In this document: positions 1 through 10,013 of the stretch, one piece after another
Numbering within the stretch: position 1 is the first letter of the stretch
Layout: each line of letters opens with the position of its first letter
Sequence record: MT133560.1
DNA length: 64,000 bases
Direction: 5' to 3' (one strand)
Position numbers and translations under genes: made by a program
Notes under the pieces: generated by a model
Told to the model about the DNA's origin: nothing
The model's input: only the letters and a program-made list of their open reading frames with translations
The model's database searches: none

Positions 1-1560
1 GAGGTCACTGAGAACTCTATTGAACGTTTAAAAGAAGCAACTAATGATGGTCGTAATCTAGGTGTTGCAGCTGTACAGCAAATTGCAGCTGATGTGATCG
101 CACCACGTGCTCAAACTCAAGGCGAAGTCCCTATCGTCAATGGTTGGGGTGAACGCCGGTTTAGGTTCATGATGAAAGTATGGGAGAATAACCGTTTCTT
201 TGGTAATACCCGTACTTGCCGGATTCTATTTGGTTGCTCTGACCATTGCTCTATTAGTCCGCTTAGCAATAGTCTAGATCCTAACATGCGTATCTATTTT
301 AATAGTGAAACTGTTATTGTAGAGCGTCAACGACCAACTGAGTTTGGTGTGGTTAAACAAGCACATATCTTAGGTTCTAACCAGATCCTTGCACCCGTCG
401 ATATCATGAGTGATATTACTATCCCTCAGAACGGGTTTAGCATGTATACTGGAACTTCATCATATCTCCAACGGCCAGAAGATGTTTTCCAAATTCAGCA
501 AACGATGCAAGTAGCTAAACGCATTGAATCAACTGGACTACATCAAGGCGTATTTGACCGGATCATTGACCAACGCTCCAGTGTTGGTGAAGCAGGCACT
601 TTCCAATATTCAAATCGCCGTGATACTTCTCCTACTCGTTATCTATCTAGTACTCTTAATGCATGGCAGCATTCTGTTAAAGAAGCTGAGATGGCTAATA
701 ATGATAACGATAATATCTTTGGAGGTGTCTCTGATGAAGTGATGCTAGGCGATGCATCTGCTGTACTTCGAAATCAAGATATCCATTCCAATATGTTCAT
801 GCGCATTCTAAAAGAACGCTGCAATTACATGGAACGTGGCTTTGTTACACTGGCTGACCTACAACGAGTATTCCCTGAACTACTGGTTGATGGTGTAGTT
901 AAAGCTGGTATGGATAATGGTAATTCTCAACGCTTCGTTAACCGAGCAGAGCATTCCATGCATTGGGGTGGTGCAGATCATCACACTGTTGCAGCATCTC
1001 TACTTGCACAAGTAGTTCCAGCAATCATGATGGATAACTATTTCCGGGTAACCTCCTTTGCAATTACAAATGGACATGGAGCGAATAACTATCTATTCGA
1101 AATGCATCCAAATGGTACCAGGAGTATCATGGATGGAATTGATATGACTCCACAGATTAATGACTTTGAACGTCGTCTTATTACCGATGCGATTAACAGT
1201 ATCTCTTATGGTAACCAGATTCCGTTTAAAATTTCCATGCACTCTGACTTAGCTGGTGATACTGTTATTGATATCAGTCTAAATCATGAATCGGTAGAAC
1301 GATTTATTGCACCGACTTTCATTGATAGTCTGTTCAGTCCGGTTATTACTCGGGATGCTTCTGCACCAGCGATGATCTCCAATGACCTTACCTATCTTGT
1401 TAAGAATGTTATCCCCACTAAGACTCAACAAAACATTCTAAACAGTAGTGGTCAGCCGATTAACATGCAACCGTATCAGCACCCTGTGGCTCAACCTGCT
1501 CAAATCAATCCTAAATTTGGTGATAACAATGCCTACGATTTCTCTTTCCAAGTTCTATAG
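1..1560 (+). CDS. Non-virion RNAP promoter-specificity subunit (phiKZ gp68-like), 5'-truncated by window edge
   Basis: Frame 1 is open from base 1 (EVTENSIERLKE...) to TAG at 1558-1560, so the ORF-track start at 94 is not the real start. Identity from position upstream of the gp69/gp71-73/gp74 block as recalled for phiKZ. Confidence 0.7.
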   Translation, partial: EVTENSIERLKEATNDGRNLGVAAVQQIAADVIAPRAQTQGEVPIVNGWGERRFRFMMKVWENNRFFGNTRTCRILFGCSDHCSISPLSNSLDPNMRIYFNSETVIVERQRPTEFGVVKQAHILGSNQILAPVDIMSDITIPQNGFSMYTGTSSYLQRPEDVFQIQQTMQVAKRIESTGLHQGVFDRIIDQRSSVGEAGTFQYSNRRDTSPTRYLSSTLNAWQHSVKEAEMANNDNDNIFGGVSDEVMLGDASAVLRNQDIHSNMFMRILKERCNYMERGFVTLADLQRVFPELLVDGVVKAGMDNGNSQRFVNRAEHSMHWGGADHHTVAASLLAQVVPAIMMDNYFRVTSFAITNGHGANNYLFEMHPNGTRSIMDGIDMTPQINDFERRLITDAINSISYGNQIPFKISMHSDLAGDTVIDISLNHESVERFIAPTFIDSLFSPVITRDASAPAMISNDLTYLVKNVIPTKTQQNILNSSGQPINMQPYQHPVAQPAQINPKFGDNNAYDFSFQVL

Positions 1561-2908
1561 TGATCAAGTATTACCTGCTTTCCGATACAAAGTAGGTGAA
1601 GAGGATATGATCAGTATTCTCGATCCACTTGGTCGACCAGCACCTGCAAAGGTAGATGGTAAGCGACTAGTAGTACCTACTAAAGATTGGCTTCGTAAAG
1701 GGCTTGGCGATGATTACATCGCCTTCCACCCGCTATCTGAAAAGATCTCTCGGCTAGGTACTTCTCAAGTACTACAGCATATGCAGCGTCAAGTTAAGGC
1801 TAACCTAATGTTTACTGTGAAGTATCTTACTTCACGTATTTTAGAAGTAGCTGCCGACTCTACTCTGCATAAAGACATTCCACCAGAATGTTCAGACTTC
1901 CTAAAGAAACTATCCGGTGCTAAGCCAGATACCATTGAGTGGTTTAATAAGGTTGTCAAAGCTGCTGAAAAACGTTCACGTTTTGTAAGCGTGTATCTAA
2001 AAGCAAATGGTAAATTTGATGGGAAAACTGTTAACCGTATCTGCGTTATTCGGTTCCCTATCGTAGAGGATCTTTATTCTAAGGATGATATTCTTGGAGT
2101 AAATGTACCTAAGAAACAGCGGCCAGTTCTAATTGAACTATTTAAACTGGTTGTACCATTTGGTGATTCGCCAACCGAATATTCAGCAGGAACTGTTGAG
2201 CGAGTAGCACCTTATTTTGTATGTCTTATCCAGGCATTTAACAAAATCACTACTCAGCTAAATAGTGTTATTGATAAGTATCGTCTGATCTTCGATGATG
2301 CTATTCAACCTTATTCAAAAGTTGATGAGAAGGTGATTGCTGATTTTGCAAAGATGCAACGTGAGATCCCATCTCTTGATGGTAATGAAGGAGTCAGCAA
2401 TGAAGTAGAAGAAGAAGCTTCTGAAACTGTAAACCCAGTTGCCCAAATCCCTGTCCAGAAAAAGGATAATGTAGTTAAAGTGGGTAATACTGCTAAAGAA
2501 CAAACTACTTCTACTCGTGTACCAGTAGGCACAACTGTGAATGTTAATCCATCCATGAGTCAAGCAGTAGCAATGACTCAGGCACCTCAACGTCCCTTAC
2601 AGCAAGTTCAAACTAGCAATAAAGCATCTATCCAAGATCTTCTAAACGCTGGGCAGAAAAACCAATTTGCTCAACCCGGAATGATGCAACAACCTGTTAT
2701 GATGAACAATAACTTTGCAATGCCTGGGATGATGCAGCCACAGCAACCAATGATGGCTAATATGCATCCGCAGATGATGCAGCTCATGGGCAATCAAATG
2801 CCGATGGGTGGTGGATTTGCACAAGCACTAAACCCCTCTCTAGCTGGCAATGGTAACACTGCGATGATGAATCTAGGTGGAAACCAAATGATGGGTCGTC
2901 TACTGTAA
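1529..2908 (+). CDS. picA: phiKZ gp69-like; phage-nucleus protein import factor PicA/Imp1 by synteny; long M/Q/N/G low-complexity C-tail
   Basis: ATG at 1529 (MPTISLSKFY) overlaps the end of gp68 and is more plausible than 1448. Lies directly after gp68, as recalled for phiKZ gp69. No motif-level proof. Confidence 0.6.
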   Translation: MPTISLSKFYSDQVLPAFRYKVGEEDMISILDPLGRPAPAKVDGKRLVVPTKDWLRKGLGDDYIAFHPLSEKISRLGTSQVLQHMQRQVKANLMFTVKYLTSRILEVAADSTLHKDIPPECSDFLKKLSGAKPDTIEWFNKVVKAAEKRSRFVSVYLKANGKFDGKTVNRICVIRFPIVEDLYSKDDILGVNVPKKQRPVLIELFKLVVPFGDSPTEYSAGTVERVAPYFVCLIQAFNKITTQLNSVIDKYRLIFDDAIQPYSKVDEKVIADFAKMQREIPSLDGNEGVSNEVEEEASETVNPVAQIPVQKKDNVVKVGNTAKEQTTSTRVPVGTTVNVNPSMSQAVAMTQAPQRPLQQVQTSNKASIQDLLNAGQKNQFAQPGMMQQPVMMNNNFAMPGMMQPQQPMMANMHPQMMQLMGNQMPMGGGFAQALNPSLAGNGNTAMMNLGGNQMMGRLL

Positions 2909-2912
2909 CACG

Positions 2913-2946
2913 GCATAAACCAGGGGGCCTAAGGGTCCCCTGGCTT
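2913..2946. terminator. GC hairpin between convergent genes
   Basis: CCAGGGG..CCCCTGG stem at 2920-2943, preceded by GCATAA. Confidence 0.7.
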
Positions 2947-2949
2947 GCT

Positions 2950-3312
2950 TTAAAACTTTTTAGTTTGATATAAGCTAACGAGGTGTTGAATCATGTCGTT
3001 ATTCGGTATGATTAAATAACTGGTGTAATCATTAGCTGAAGGATCCCTTAGAACTTTACCAAAATCATAAGGGCTAACTAAACCATTAACGCGCATTTGA
3101 ATCCACCACATATCAGGATTGACACGGCGTTCTGCCATGTATCCATAAAAGTTTCCTTCGAACTGGTAATACAGTTCAGGTGGAATCTGAATACGTGTGG
3201 ATCTGACATTACGTAAGATATTCAAATGAGTCTCAATAATTAATCTGAACCCTGGTTCATAATAAACAGATTCACCTGAATCTGGCTGATTAGCTAACAG
3301 TGTGAATGCCAT
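2950..3312 (-). CDS. Hypothetical protein (gp70-like)
   Basis: ORF; ATG at 3312 (MAFTLLANQ) with GGAA upstream preferred over TTG at 3324. Confidence 0.75.
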   Translation of the reverse strand: MAFTLLANQPDSGESVYYEPGFRLIIETHLNILRNVRSTRIQIPPELYYQFEGNFYGYMAERRVNPDMWWIQMRVNGLVSPYDFGKVLRDPSANDYTSYLIIPNNDMIQHLVSLYQTKKF

Positions 3313-3333
3313 AATAAATTCCAATAAATTTTA

Positions 3334-3350
3334 TTTAAGATCTATATCAT
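3334..3350 (+). promoter_or_regulatory. Early (virion RNAP-type) promoter candidate
   Basis: TTTAAGATCTATATCAT; variant of the phiKZ early motif TATATTAC; shares TTTAAGATCTATAT with 59944-59957. Confidence 0.55.
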
Positions 3351-3376
3351 TGATTTGTAATTAGTAAACAGGAGGT

Positions 3377-3496
3377 ATGAGATTGGTGATACCAGACATT
3401 GAAGTCTTACAAAAGGCTATATCTAAAAACAGCGCAAATAAGAAATATAGTAGTACTGCATCTTGTCTAATTAATGGTGATAAACAAAATGGCTGA
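3377..3496 (+). CDS. 39-aa leader ORF (MRLVIPDIEVLQKAISKNSANKKYSSTASCLINGDKQNG) coupled to the RNAP beta gene
   Basis: Perfect SD AGGAGGT immediately before ATG 3377; TGA at 3494-3496 lies just past the ATG (3489) of the RNAP gene. Confidence 0.55.
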   Translation: MRLVIPDIEVLQKAISKNSANKKYSSTASCLINGDKQNG

Positions 3497-4667
3497 ACTA
3501 GGTAAACGTGAAATTGATCTAACCCTATTAGGGCATACTGGTTTAGATCCTTGGTATGGCACTACCTCATCTGCACGGGGTGCTATGTTTGTAACACACA
3601 TTGGACAGGCACCGGAAGTAAATGGAAATGAATCGCGTTATTTCCTAACGGGTGCTGAATTAGAGTATGCCAAGTATACACATGATGTTCGTTTTCCTGA
3701 GGATTGTCGTGTACTACACGTTCTTAGAAAATATCCAACGGGTATTGGTAAAGACAGTATCAGATCTAACCCGGTAACAACTATTATCTACGAAAACTAT
3801 TTTGACAAATATAAAACCATTGGTGTCTTACATGTTCCCGAATACATGAGCCATCACCAAGACTTTGGTTATGAACTTGTAAAGAATCGAGAAGTGTGGG
3901 AAACCATTGCCCCAAATGAAATGTTCTCTAAAGACACAGTAATTGCACAGTCTGGTGCAGTTAAGAAAGATGGTACTTTAGGGATGGGTGTTAATGCTAA
4001 TGTTGTATTCCTATCTGCCGCAGGTACCATTGAAGATGGATTCGTAGCTAATAAGAATTTCCTTAAAAGGATGATGCCAACTAGTTATAGCACGGCTGTA
4101 GCTAATGCTGGTAGGAAAGCTTTCTTCTTAAACATGTATGGCGATGATAAGGTCTATAAACCATTCCCGGACATTGGCGATGTTATCCGACCAGATGGTG
4201 TAATCTTCGCCATCCGTGACCATGATGATGATCTAGCTCCTGCCGAGATGACTCCTAGGGCACTTCGTACACTAGATAGAACTTTCGATAGAGCTGTTAT
4301 TGGCACACCTGGTGCGAAGGTTATTGATATTGATATTTGGCGTGATGAGCGTGTAAATCCATCCCCTACTCCAACAGGAATGGATGCACAACTAGTTAAA
4401 TATCATACTCATCTTAGCAGTTATTATCGAGAACTATTAAAGATCTATCGTGGTCTATTAGCACGTCGTAAAGATGATCTACATATCACTGAGGAATTTG
4501 AACGTCTTATTGTAACTGCACAGATGTTCCTACCTCAACCTGATAATGTCCGTAAACTATCTCGATTCTATCGACTAGACCCACTAGATGAATGGCGAGT
4601 CGAAGTAACTTACAAAGCCCAAAAGATGCCTGCTGGTGCTTTCAAGATGACTGATTTTCATGGTGGT
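3489..4667 (+). CDS. Non-virion RNAP beta subunit C-terminal half (gp71-73), exon 1
   Basis: Beta motifs GTIEDGFV and FKMTDFHGG. The frame stops at 4671-4673 in the middle of the GRHGNKG-type motif, which resumes at 4975. Confidence 0.92.
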
Positions 4668-4974
4668 AATTAATATCCATCCATCTCTCAGGAATGGATA
4701 TTGTCAAATTGCCTGCTTGATCTCGAAAGAGTCAAGTAAATCCTCTCTAATTGCTGGGACATCTCAATGAGACAATCAGCAGCGAAGCTTTCCAGAAATG
4801 GATTGAACGTTCAACGACTATCCGGTTACGCGGAGTACACTCAAGCGAGTGGAAATGGGAGGGACCTGACCACCTAGGGTGAAGGTTAAGATATAGTCTG
4901 GTCTGCATGGTGACATGCAGCTGCCTGCAATACGAGAGGCGGGGTAAGCGTAGCGAACTTACCTGAACATAACG
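4668..4974 (+). mobile_element. Group I self-splicing intron (IA-type), 307 nt, no endonuclease ORF
   Basis: P/Q/R/S cores AATTGCTGGG, AATCAGCAG, GTTCAACGACTA, AAGATATAGTCTG; P7 GACTA/TAGTC; P1 GGT|AATT pairs with AATTGCC (4707-4713) giving U-G at 4667; terminal G at 4974; P9 CATG-GTGA-CATG; splicing restores HGG|KGVI in frame. Confidence 0.93.
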
Positions 4975-5898
4975 AAGGGCGTCATCTGTAAGGTAATGGA
5001 AGATGAAGATATGCCTATTGACGAAAATGGTAATAGGGCAGATCTAATTATCTTTGGTGGTTCAACCATGCGTCGTTCAAATTATGGTCGAATTTATGAA
5101 CATGGTTTTGGCGCAGCTGCACGAGATCTAGCTCAACGCCTACGCGTTGAAGCTGGACTAGATCGACATGCCAAACCAACCCAGCAACAACTAAATAGTG
5201 TAATGGGTAATACGCAATGGGTTGATTATGCATTTAAAGAACTATTAGGTTTCTATGAGATCATTGCTCCAACAATGCATAGTAAAATGATGGAACACCC
5301 AAATCCAGCAGAACATGTTAAAACAGTACTAATGGATGGATTCCCATATATCTACGCACCAGTTGATGATCCAGTGGATCTAATGGCAGCAGTCAACAAA
5401 TTAATTAATAGCGATAAGTATCGACCACACTATGGGAAGGTATCTTATCGAGATCAAGCTGGTAAGTGGGTAACAACTAAAGATAATGTCTTAATGGGTC
5501 CACTTTACATGATGCTACTAGAAAAGATTGGTGAAGACTGGTCAGCAGCAGCATCTGTAAAAACACAACCATTTGGTCTACCTTCTAAGTTAAACAATGC
5601 TGATAGGGCTAGCACACCTGGTCGAGAAACAGCTATCCGGTCATTCGGTGAATCTGAAACTCGGTCATATAACTGTACAGTTGGTCCAGGTCCGACTGCT
5701 GAAATCTTAGACCAAACTAATAACCCATTGGCGCATGCTGCGGTTATCGAGTCTTGGCTAACAGCAGAAAAACCTTCATCTGTACCAGTTGCAGTTGATC
5801 GTGAAAAGATTCCATTTGGTGGATCTCGCCCAGTAGCTATGTTTGATCACCTGCTTGAATGTAGTGGTATTGCATTAGAATATGCCCCTGATCATTGA
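4975..5898 (+). CDS. Non-virion RNAP beta subunit C-terminal half (gp71-73), exon 2; spliced product 700 aa
   Basis: KGVICKVMEDEDMP, NGNRADLII..STMRRSNYGRIYE, GPLYMMLLEK and RSFGESE match beta C-terminal motifs. Confidence 0.92.
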   Translation, partial: KGVICKVMEDEDMPIDENGNRADLIIFGGSTMRRSNYGRIYEHGFGAAARDLAQRLRVEAGLDRHAKPTQQQLNSVMGNTQWVDYAFKELLGFYEIIAPTMHSKMMEHPNPAEHVKTVLMDGFPYIYAPVDDPVDLMAAVNKLINSDKYRPHYGKVSYRDQAGKWVTTKDNVLMGPLYMMLLEKIGEDWSAAASVKTQPFGLPSKLNNADRASTPGRETAIRSFGESETRSYNCTVGPGPTAEILDQTNNPLAHAAVIESWLTAEKPSSVPVAVDREKIPFGGSRPVAMFDHLLECSGIALEYAPDH

Positions 5899-5928
5899 TC
5901 AGGGGTTTAATAATACAAGAGGTAAATA

Positions 5929-7962
5929 ATGAATCTTAATCGTTATAAAGCGCGTGATCTTCTAAATCTAAGTTATGATGATTTATGGTCACTCCCTTCA
6001 GAATGGCATCTAATCGAATTTGATGATGGTAAAACGGTTGTGTCAGTTGACCGTATTACCAAATTATCCGTTCTGTGTTGGTATCCTCTTAAACATTATA
6101 AAGATTGCCCAATTCCATCTGATCACCATATCGATTTCAATCGCATCTTAACTGATAACCCTAAAGATTATCTAAATGTTGAAGGTGGCCGAGTAACATC
6201 TAAGGCCATGGTTAAGCATTTAAATAAGGCTATTTGGAACATCTATGATTGGTCAGGTGAAACAGTAGATCCTGAAGTACTATCTAAACTGGCTATTGAA
6301 GGTAAGAACTGGCTGTATAATCAGACCACTGTGAAACTGTCTGAATATCTAGCAACCTTGTCGATGTTTGATATTGCTGAAGTATATAATCATCCCAAGG
6401 TACGTGAGGCTAACCATAATATCGAACCAACTACTTATGGTATCGAAAAAATTAGTTATGGTAAAGTCAAAGAAGTATTTAATGATCCTACCCAATTCAT
6501 TGGTAACAGCATCATTGAAGGTCTTCGTTCTGGTACTCAGAAAACTGAACAGCTTCTACAAGCATTTGCTTGGCGGGGCTTTCCAACTGACATTAACTCA
6601 GATATCTTTAAATATCCGGTAACAACTGGTTATATTGATGGTATTTGGAATCTGTATGAGAATATGATTGAATCTCGTTCAGGTACTAAAGCACTACTAT
6701 ATAACAAAGAACTACTGCGAGTAACTGAATACTTTAACCGGAAATCTCAGCTTATTGCACAATATGTCCAAAGGCTACATCCTGGTGATTGTAAGACCAC
6801 AATCTTAGCTGAGTATCCTGTAACTAAGTTAACTTTAAAAGCATTCAAAGGAAAATATTATCAAAAAGAAGATGGTAAACTAGACTGGATCCGTGGAAAT
6901 GAAACACACCTAATTGGAACTAAACAGAAATTCAGGTCTGTATTTGGATGTAATCATCCAGATAGTCAGGGTATCTGTATGACTTGTTATGGCCGACTAG
7001 GTATCAATATTCCAAAAGGAACTAATATCGGTCAGGTTGCTGCCGTATCGATGGGTGACAAAATTACTTCAGCAGTATTGTCTACTAAACACACCGATGC
7101 GTCTTCTGCTGTAGAACAATATAAACTTGGCAAAATTGAAAGTAATTATTTAAGAACAGGTGAAATCCCAGAGACACTATATCTAAAGAAAGAACTTACT
7201 CAGAAGGATTATCGTTTAGTAATCGCACGGTCAGAGGCAGAAAACCTTGCTGACATTTTAATGATTGATGACCTTACTGCATATCCAGCTACTTCAGCTA
7301 CTGAACTAACCAGCCTGGCCCTAGTCTATGATGATGAGGTGAATGGTGAATGTGGTGATGTTCTGACTGTGTCGCTGTATAACCGTAGGGCTAGTCTATC
7401 TATTGAAATGCTAAAGCATATTAAGATGGTCCGTTGGGAACTAGATCAGCGAGACAATATCGTCATTAGTCTTCGTGGTTTTGATTTTAACCTACCATTC
7501 TTAACGCTACCAAATAAGCACGTAAACATGTATGAAGTAATGAAACGATTCCAAAGTTTCTTACATTCCGGTAGTGACTCAGCCGAGGCAGGTAAACTAA
7601 GCACTGAGAAAGTTGGATATACGTCTAAAACGTATCTTAAAAACTACAAGTCACCAATTGAAGCACTACCTGTATTTGCAACAATGGCTAATGAAAAGAT
7701 TAGCCTTAATATTTCCCATTGTGAGATCTTGATATACGCTATGATGATCCGTTCAGCTCAATATCGAGACTATCGCTTACCTAAACCCGGTATTAATGGC
7801 CAATTTGAAAAATATAATAGGCTAATGCAATGTCGTAGTTTAGGTGGTGCGATGGCTTTCGAAAAGCAGCATGAGCCACTAAATAACCCAGGCAGTTTCC
7901 TTAACAAGATGAGGAATGACCATCCATATGACTTACTAGTTAAAGGTGGTAAACTGCGATAG
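5929..7962 (+). CDS. Non-virion RNAP beta' subunit C-terminal part (gp74)
   Basis: Zn ligands GDCKT and CNH...CMTCYG; trigger-loop-like GQVAAVSMGDKITSAVLSTKH; 677 aa. Confidence 0.9.
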   Translation: MNLNRYKARDLLNLSYDDLWSLPSEWHLIEFDDGKTVVSVDRITKLSVLCWYPLKHYKDCPIPSDHHIDFNRILTDNPKDYLNVEGGRVTSKAMVKHLNKAIWNIYDWSGETVDPEVLSKLAIEGKNWLYNQTTVKLSEYLATLSMFDIAEVYNHPKVREANHNIEPTTYGIEKISYGKVKEVFNDPTQFIGNSIIEGLRSGTQKTEQLLQAFAWRGFPTDINSDIFKYPVTTGYIDGIWNLYENMIESRSGTKALLYNKELLRVTEYFNRKSQLIAQYVQRLHPGDCKTTILAEYPVTKLTLKAFKGKYYQKEDGKLDWIRGNETHLIGTKQKFRSVFGCNHPDSQGICMTCYGRLGINIPKGTNIGQVAAVSMGDKITSAVLSTKHTDASSAVEQYKLGKIESNYLRTGEIPETLYLKKELTQKDYRLVIARSEAENLADILMIDDLTAYPATSATELTSLALVYDDEVNGECGDVLTVSLYNRRASLSIEMLKHIKMVRWELDQRDNIVISLRGFDFNLPFLTLPNKHVNMYEVMKRFQSFLHSGSDSAEAGKLSTEKVGYTSKTYLKNYKSPIEALPVFATMANEKISLNISHCEILIYAMMIRSAQYRDYRLPKPGINGQFEKYNRLMQCRSLGGAMAFEKQHEPLNNPGSFLNKMRNDHPYDLLVKGGKLR

Positions 7963-7982
7963 ACGTGGAGGACGTGAGGTTT

Positions 7983-7999
7983 GGGGAGCACTGCTCCCC
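7983..7999 (+). terminator. Hairpin GGGGAGC-ACT-GCTCCCC between gp74 and the helicase
   Basis: 7-bp stem with a T-run at about 8014-8020. Confidence 0.45.
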
Positions 8000-8020
8000 T
8001 TACCGATCGTTGATTTTTTT

Positions 8021-9559
8021 ATGAAACCGATTCTTACAGCAGAACGATACACCCATGGTGTTCGTTTATCCGGTTACGATCGGGAAACATACTTAAAGAT
8101 GACTGGATATCTTAATAAACTGGTTTTAAAAGAACCTAAGAAGATACCTGGTCAACGCACCATAATGGAAATAAAGAAAAAATATTATGGTGAAACAGAA
8201 GATGGTAAATCTGTATTCATCCATCGTGAATGTCTTCAAGAACTTATTAATTATCTAGCCGATAAGAATATACCATCTACTAGAATTGAAATTGTAGATA
8301 TTCCTGTACCAACAGCTGTTAAAGTAGACTATACTTTATTTGAACATTATGTTCTAAGGGATTATCAGGAAACCATCCGCGAAGATATTCTAAGACCACA
8401 TTTACATTCAGCACGTGTTGATTTACAGACTGGTAAAGGTAAAACCTTAACTAGTTTAGCTTCAGTTGCAGTAATGAAAGAACGTGGTGTTGTTATGATT
8501 CCACCTAAATATTTCGGTATTTGGGAGAAAGCATTAAAAGAAACATTTGTTGGTTATGAAGATCAGCTAGGTATAAAATATTTAAAAGTATCTGGATCTG
8601 CTGAGTTACAGAATCTAATTAATCGCGGACTAGAGAATGATTTAGAGGGTGTTGAAATTATTCTCATTAGTTCTACAACATACCGTGCATATATCGATAC
8701 TTTTGAACGATTAGGTGAAAAAATCGATGTAGTTGGATTTAATGTACCACCACCTAGATTCCATGAGGTTATTGGAGCAGGTTGGCAGATCAATGATGAG
8801 ATTCAAGAAGATCCAGGATTAGTATTTCGTACTGATCTATATACCAATGTCAATAAACAAATCTATTTATCAGCTACTCCATACACTGGTAATCAGTTTG
8901 TTACTAAAATGATTGATGTCATGCTACCTGCCACTACAAAGTGTAGGTTACCTGCATATGACTCATACATCAATGTTATTGGCTTGTTATATAGTGAACC
9001 AACTATTAAACCTAAGGACTATTTAACTCCATTTAAAAATACATATAACCATGCTCGTTATGAAACAGTAATGATGAAGAATCCTAGGCGACTAGACTTC
9101 TATTTAAAGATGGTTAAACGTATTGTAGATGGCGTTTATATAAAGGATCGTATTGAAGGTCAGAAATGTTTGCTATTATGCGCGACTGTAAACTTTATCG
9201 ATGTACTGACAGCTTATCTTAAGAAACAATATCCAGATCTTCAGATTAATAGACATGTTTCGGGTAGTCCGTATGATAGATTAATGACTAATGATATCAC
9301 TGTATCAACTATTAAATCATCTGGTACTGGTGTTGATATTAGGAATTTAAGGGAAGTTATTCTATTACAAGCAACTGACTCTAAAAAGGACAGCATCCAA
9401 ATTCTTGGACGACTAAGACCATTGAAGAACTGGCCTGATGTAATACCAAGGTTAACATTCATGGTTTGTAATAACATACCTCATCATTGCAGATACGCTA
9501 GAAATAAAGAAAATCATTTCATGGGTAAAACTAAAAGTATGCGCATGATGCGTTTATAG
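8021..9559 (+). CDS. SF2 (UvsW-like) DNA helicase (gp75)
   Basis: Walker A QTGKGKT, motif II NDEIQ, motif III LSATP, motif VI QILGRLR; ATG 8021 preferred over 7946. Confidence 0.9.
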   Translation: MKPILTAERYTHGVRLSGYDRETYLKMTGYLNKLVLKEPKKIPGQRTIMEIKKKYYGETEDGKSVFIHRECLQELINYLADKNIPSTRIEIVDIPVPTAVKVDYTLFEHYVLRDYQETIREDILRPHLHSARVDLQTGKGKTLTSLASVAVMKERGVVMIPPKYFGIWEKALKETFVGYEDQLGIKYLKVSGSAELQNLINRGLENDLEGVEIILISSTTYRAYIDTFERLGEKIDVVGFNVPPPRFHEVIGAGWQINDEIQEDPGLVFRTDLYTNVNKQIYLSATPYTGNQFVTKMIDVMLPATTKCRLPAYDSYINVIGLLYSEPTIKPKDYLTPFKNTYNHARYETVMMKNPRRLDFYLKMVKRIVDGVYIKDRIEGQKCLLLCATVNFIDVLTAYLKKQYPDLQINRHVSGSPYDRLMTNDITVSTIKSSGTGVDIRNLREVILLQATDSKKDSIQILGRLRPLKNWPDVIPRLTFMVCNNIPHHCRYARNKENHFMGKTKSMRMMRL

Positions 9560-9565
9560 TAAATG

Positions 9566-9612
9566 GCATAAATGATCCCTCCCTTAGTTGGGAGGGATTA
9601 TGCTTTTTTTTT
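9566..9612 (+). terminator. Intrinsic terminator
   Basis: ATCCCTCCC-TTAGTT-GGGAGGGAT followed by a long T tract. Confidence 0.85.
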
Positions 9613-9631
9613 ATTTTTTGTATTTAAAGCA

Positions 9632-9649
9632 TTTTAAACAGTATATCAC
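9632..9649 (+). promoter_or_regulatory. Early promoter candidate
   Basis: TTTTAAACAGTATATCAC, near-identical to the elements at 46161 and 47348. Confidence 0.7.
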
Positions 9650-9678
9650 AAATGTGATAAAACTATAGGGTATTTACA

Positions 9679-9744
9679 ATGAAGAAAAAATTGATTATGA
9701 TTACAATTGTAGTTATAGCTTATAAACTATGGGAGTGGAAATAA
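9679..9744 (+). CDS. 21-aa membrane microprotein MKKKLIMITIVVIAYKLWEWK
   Basis: First ATG after the promoter, ATAGGG SD, TAATG coupling to the next gene; basic N-terminus plus hydrophobic stretch. Confidence 0.55.
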   Translation: MKKKLIMITIVVIAYKLWEWK

Positions 9745-10001
9745 TGTATACAGTTGATCAGATCTTTGGTGCAACATGGCTTCTAGTCAGTACTTTGATC
9801 TTAGTTGATATTCTTCTAACATGCATGCTGATATTTATTATTAAAACATATCTTGAGTTTAAAGATATCTTTAATAAAAGTGCATGCCAGTACGCTATGC
9901 TTTTTCTCTCCGTAAGCATTGTATTAGTTACCATATGGGTAAGTACTATTGTTAGTTGCTGGACTAACTATTCACTGACATGTACAACTTATCTATTTTG
10001 A
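9744..10001 (+). CDS. Small two-TM membrane protein
   Basis: GGAG SD and TAATG overlap place the start at 9744 (MYTVDQ); two hydrophobic helices. Confidence 0.75.
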   Translation: MYTVDQIFGATWLLVSTLILVDILLTCMLIFIIKTYLEFKDIFNKSACQYAMLFLSVSIVLVTIWVSTIVSCWTNYSLTCTTYLF

Positions 10002-10013
10002 TGAGGTGTCTAT

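Noticed and set aside
1448-1528. ORF-track upstream starts (also 7946, 9729, 13451, 45719, 46255, 48307, 48779, 50919, 51398, 52380)
   Set aside because: They overlap upstream genes or terminators and lack an SD; downstream ATGs with an SD or stop-start coupling were used instead.
4668-4974. Intron-encoded homing endonuclease
   Set aside because: Only 307 nt, almost fully accounted for by P1-P9 helices; no HNH, GIY-YIG or LAGLIDADG frame.
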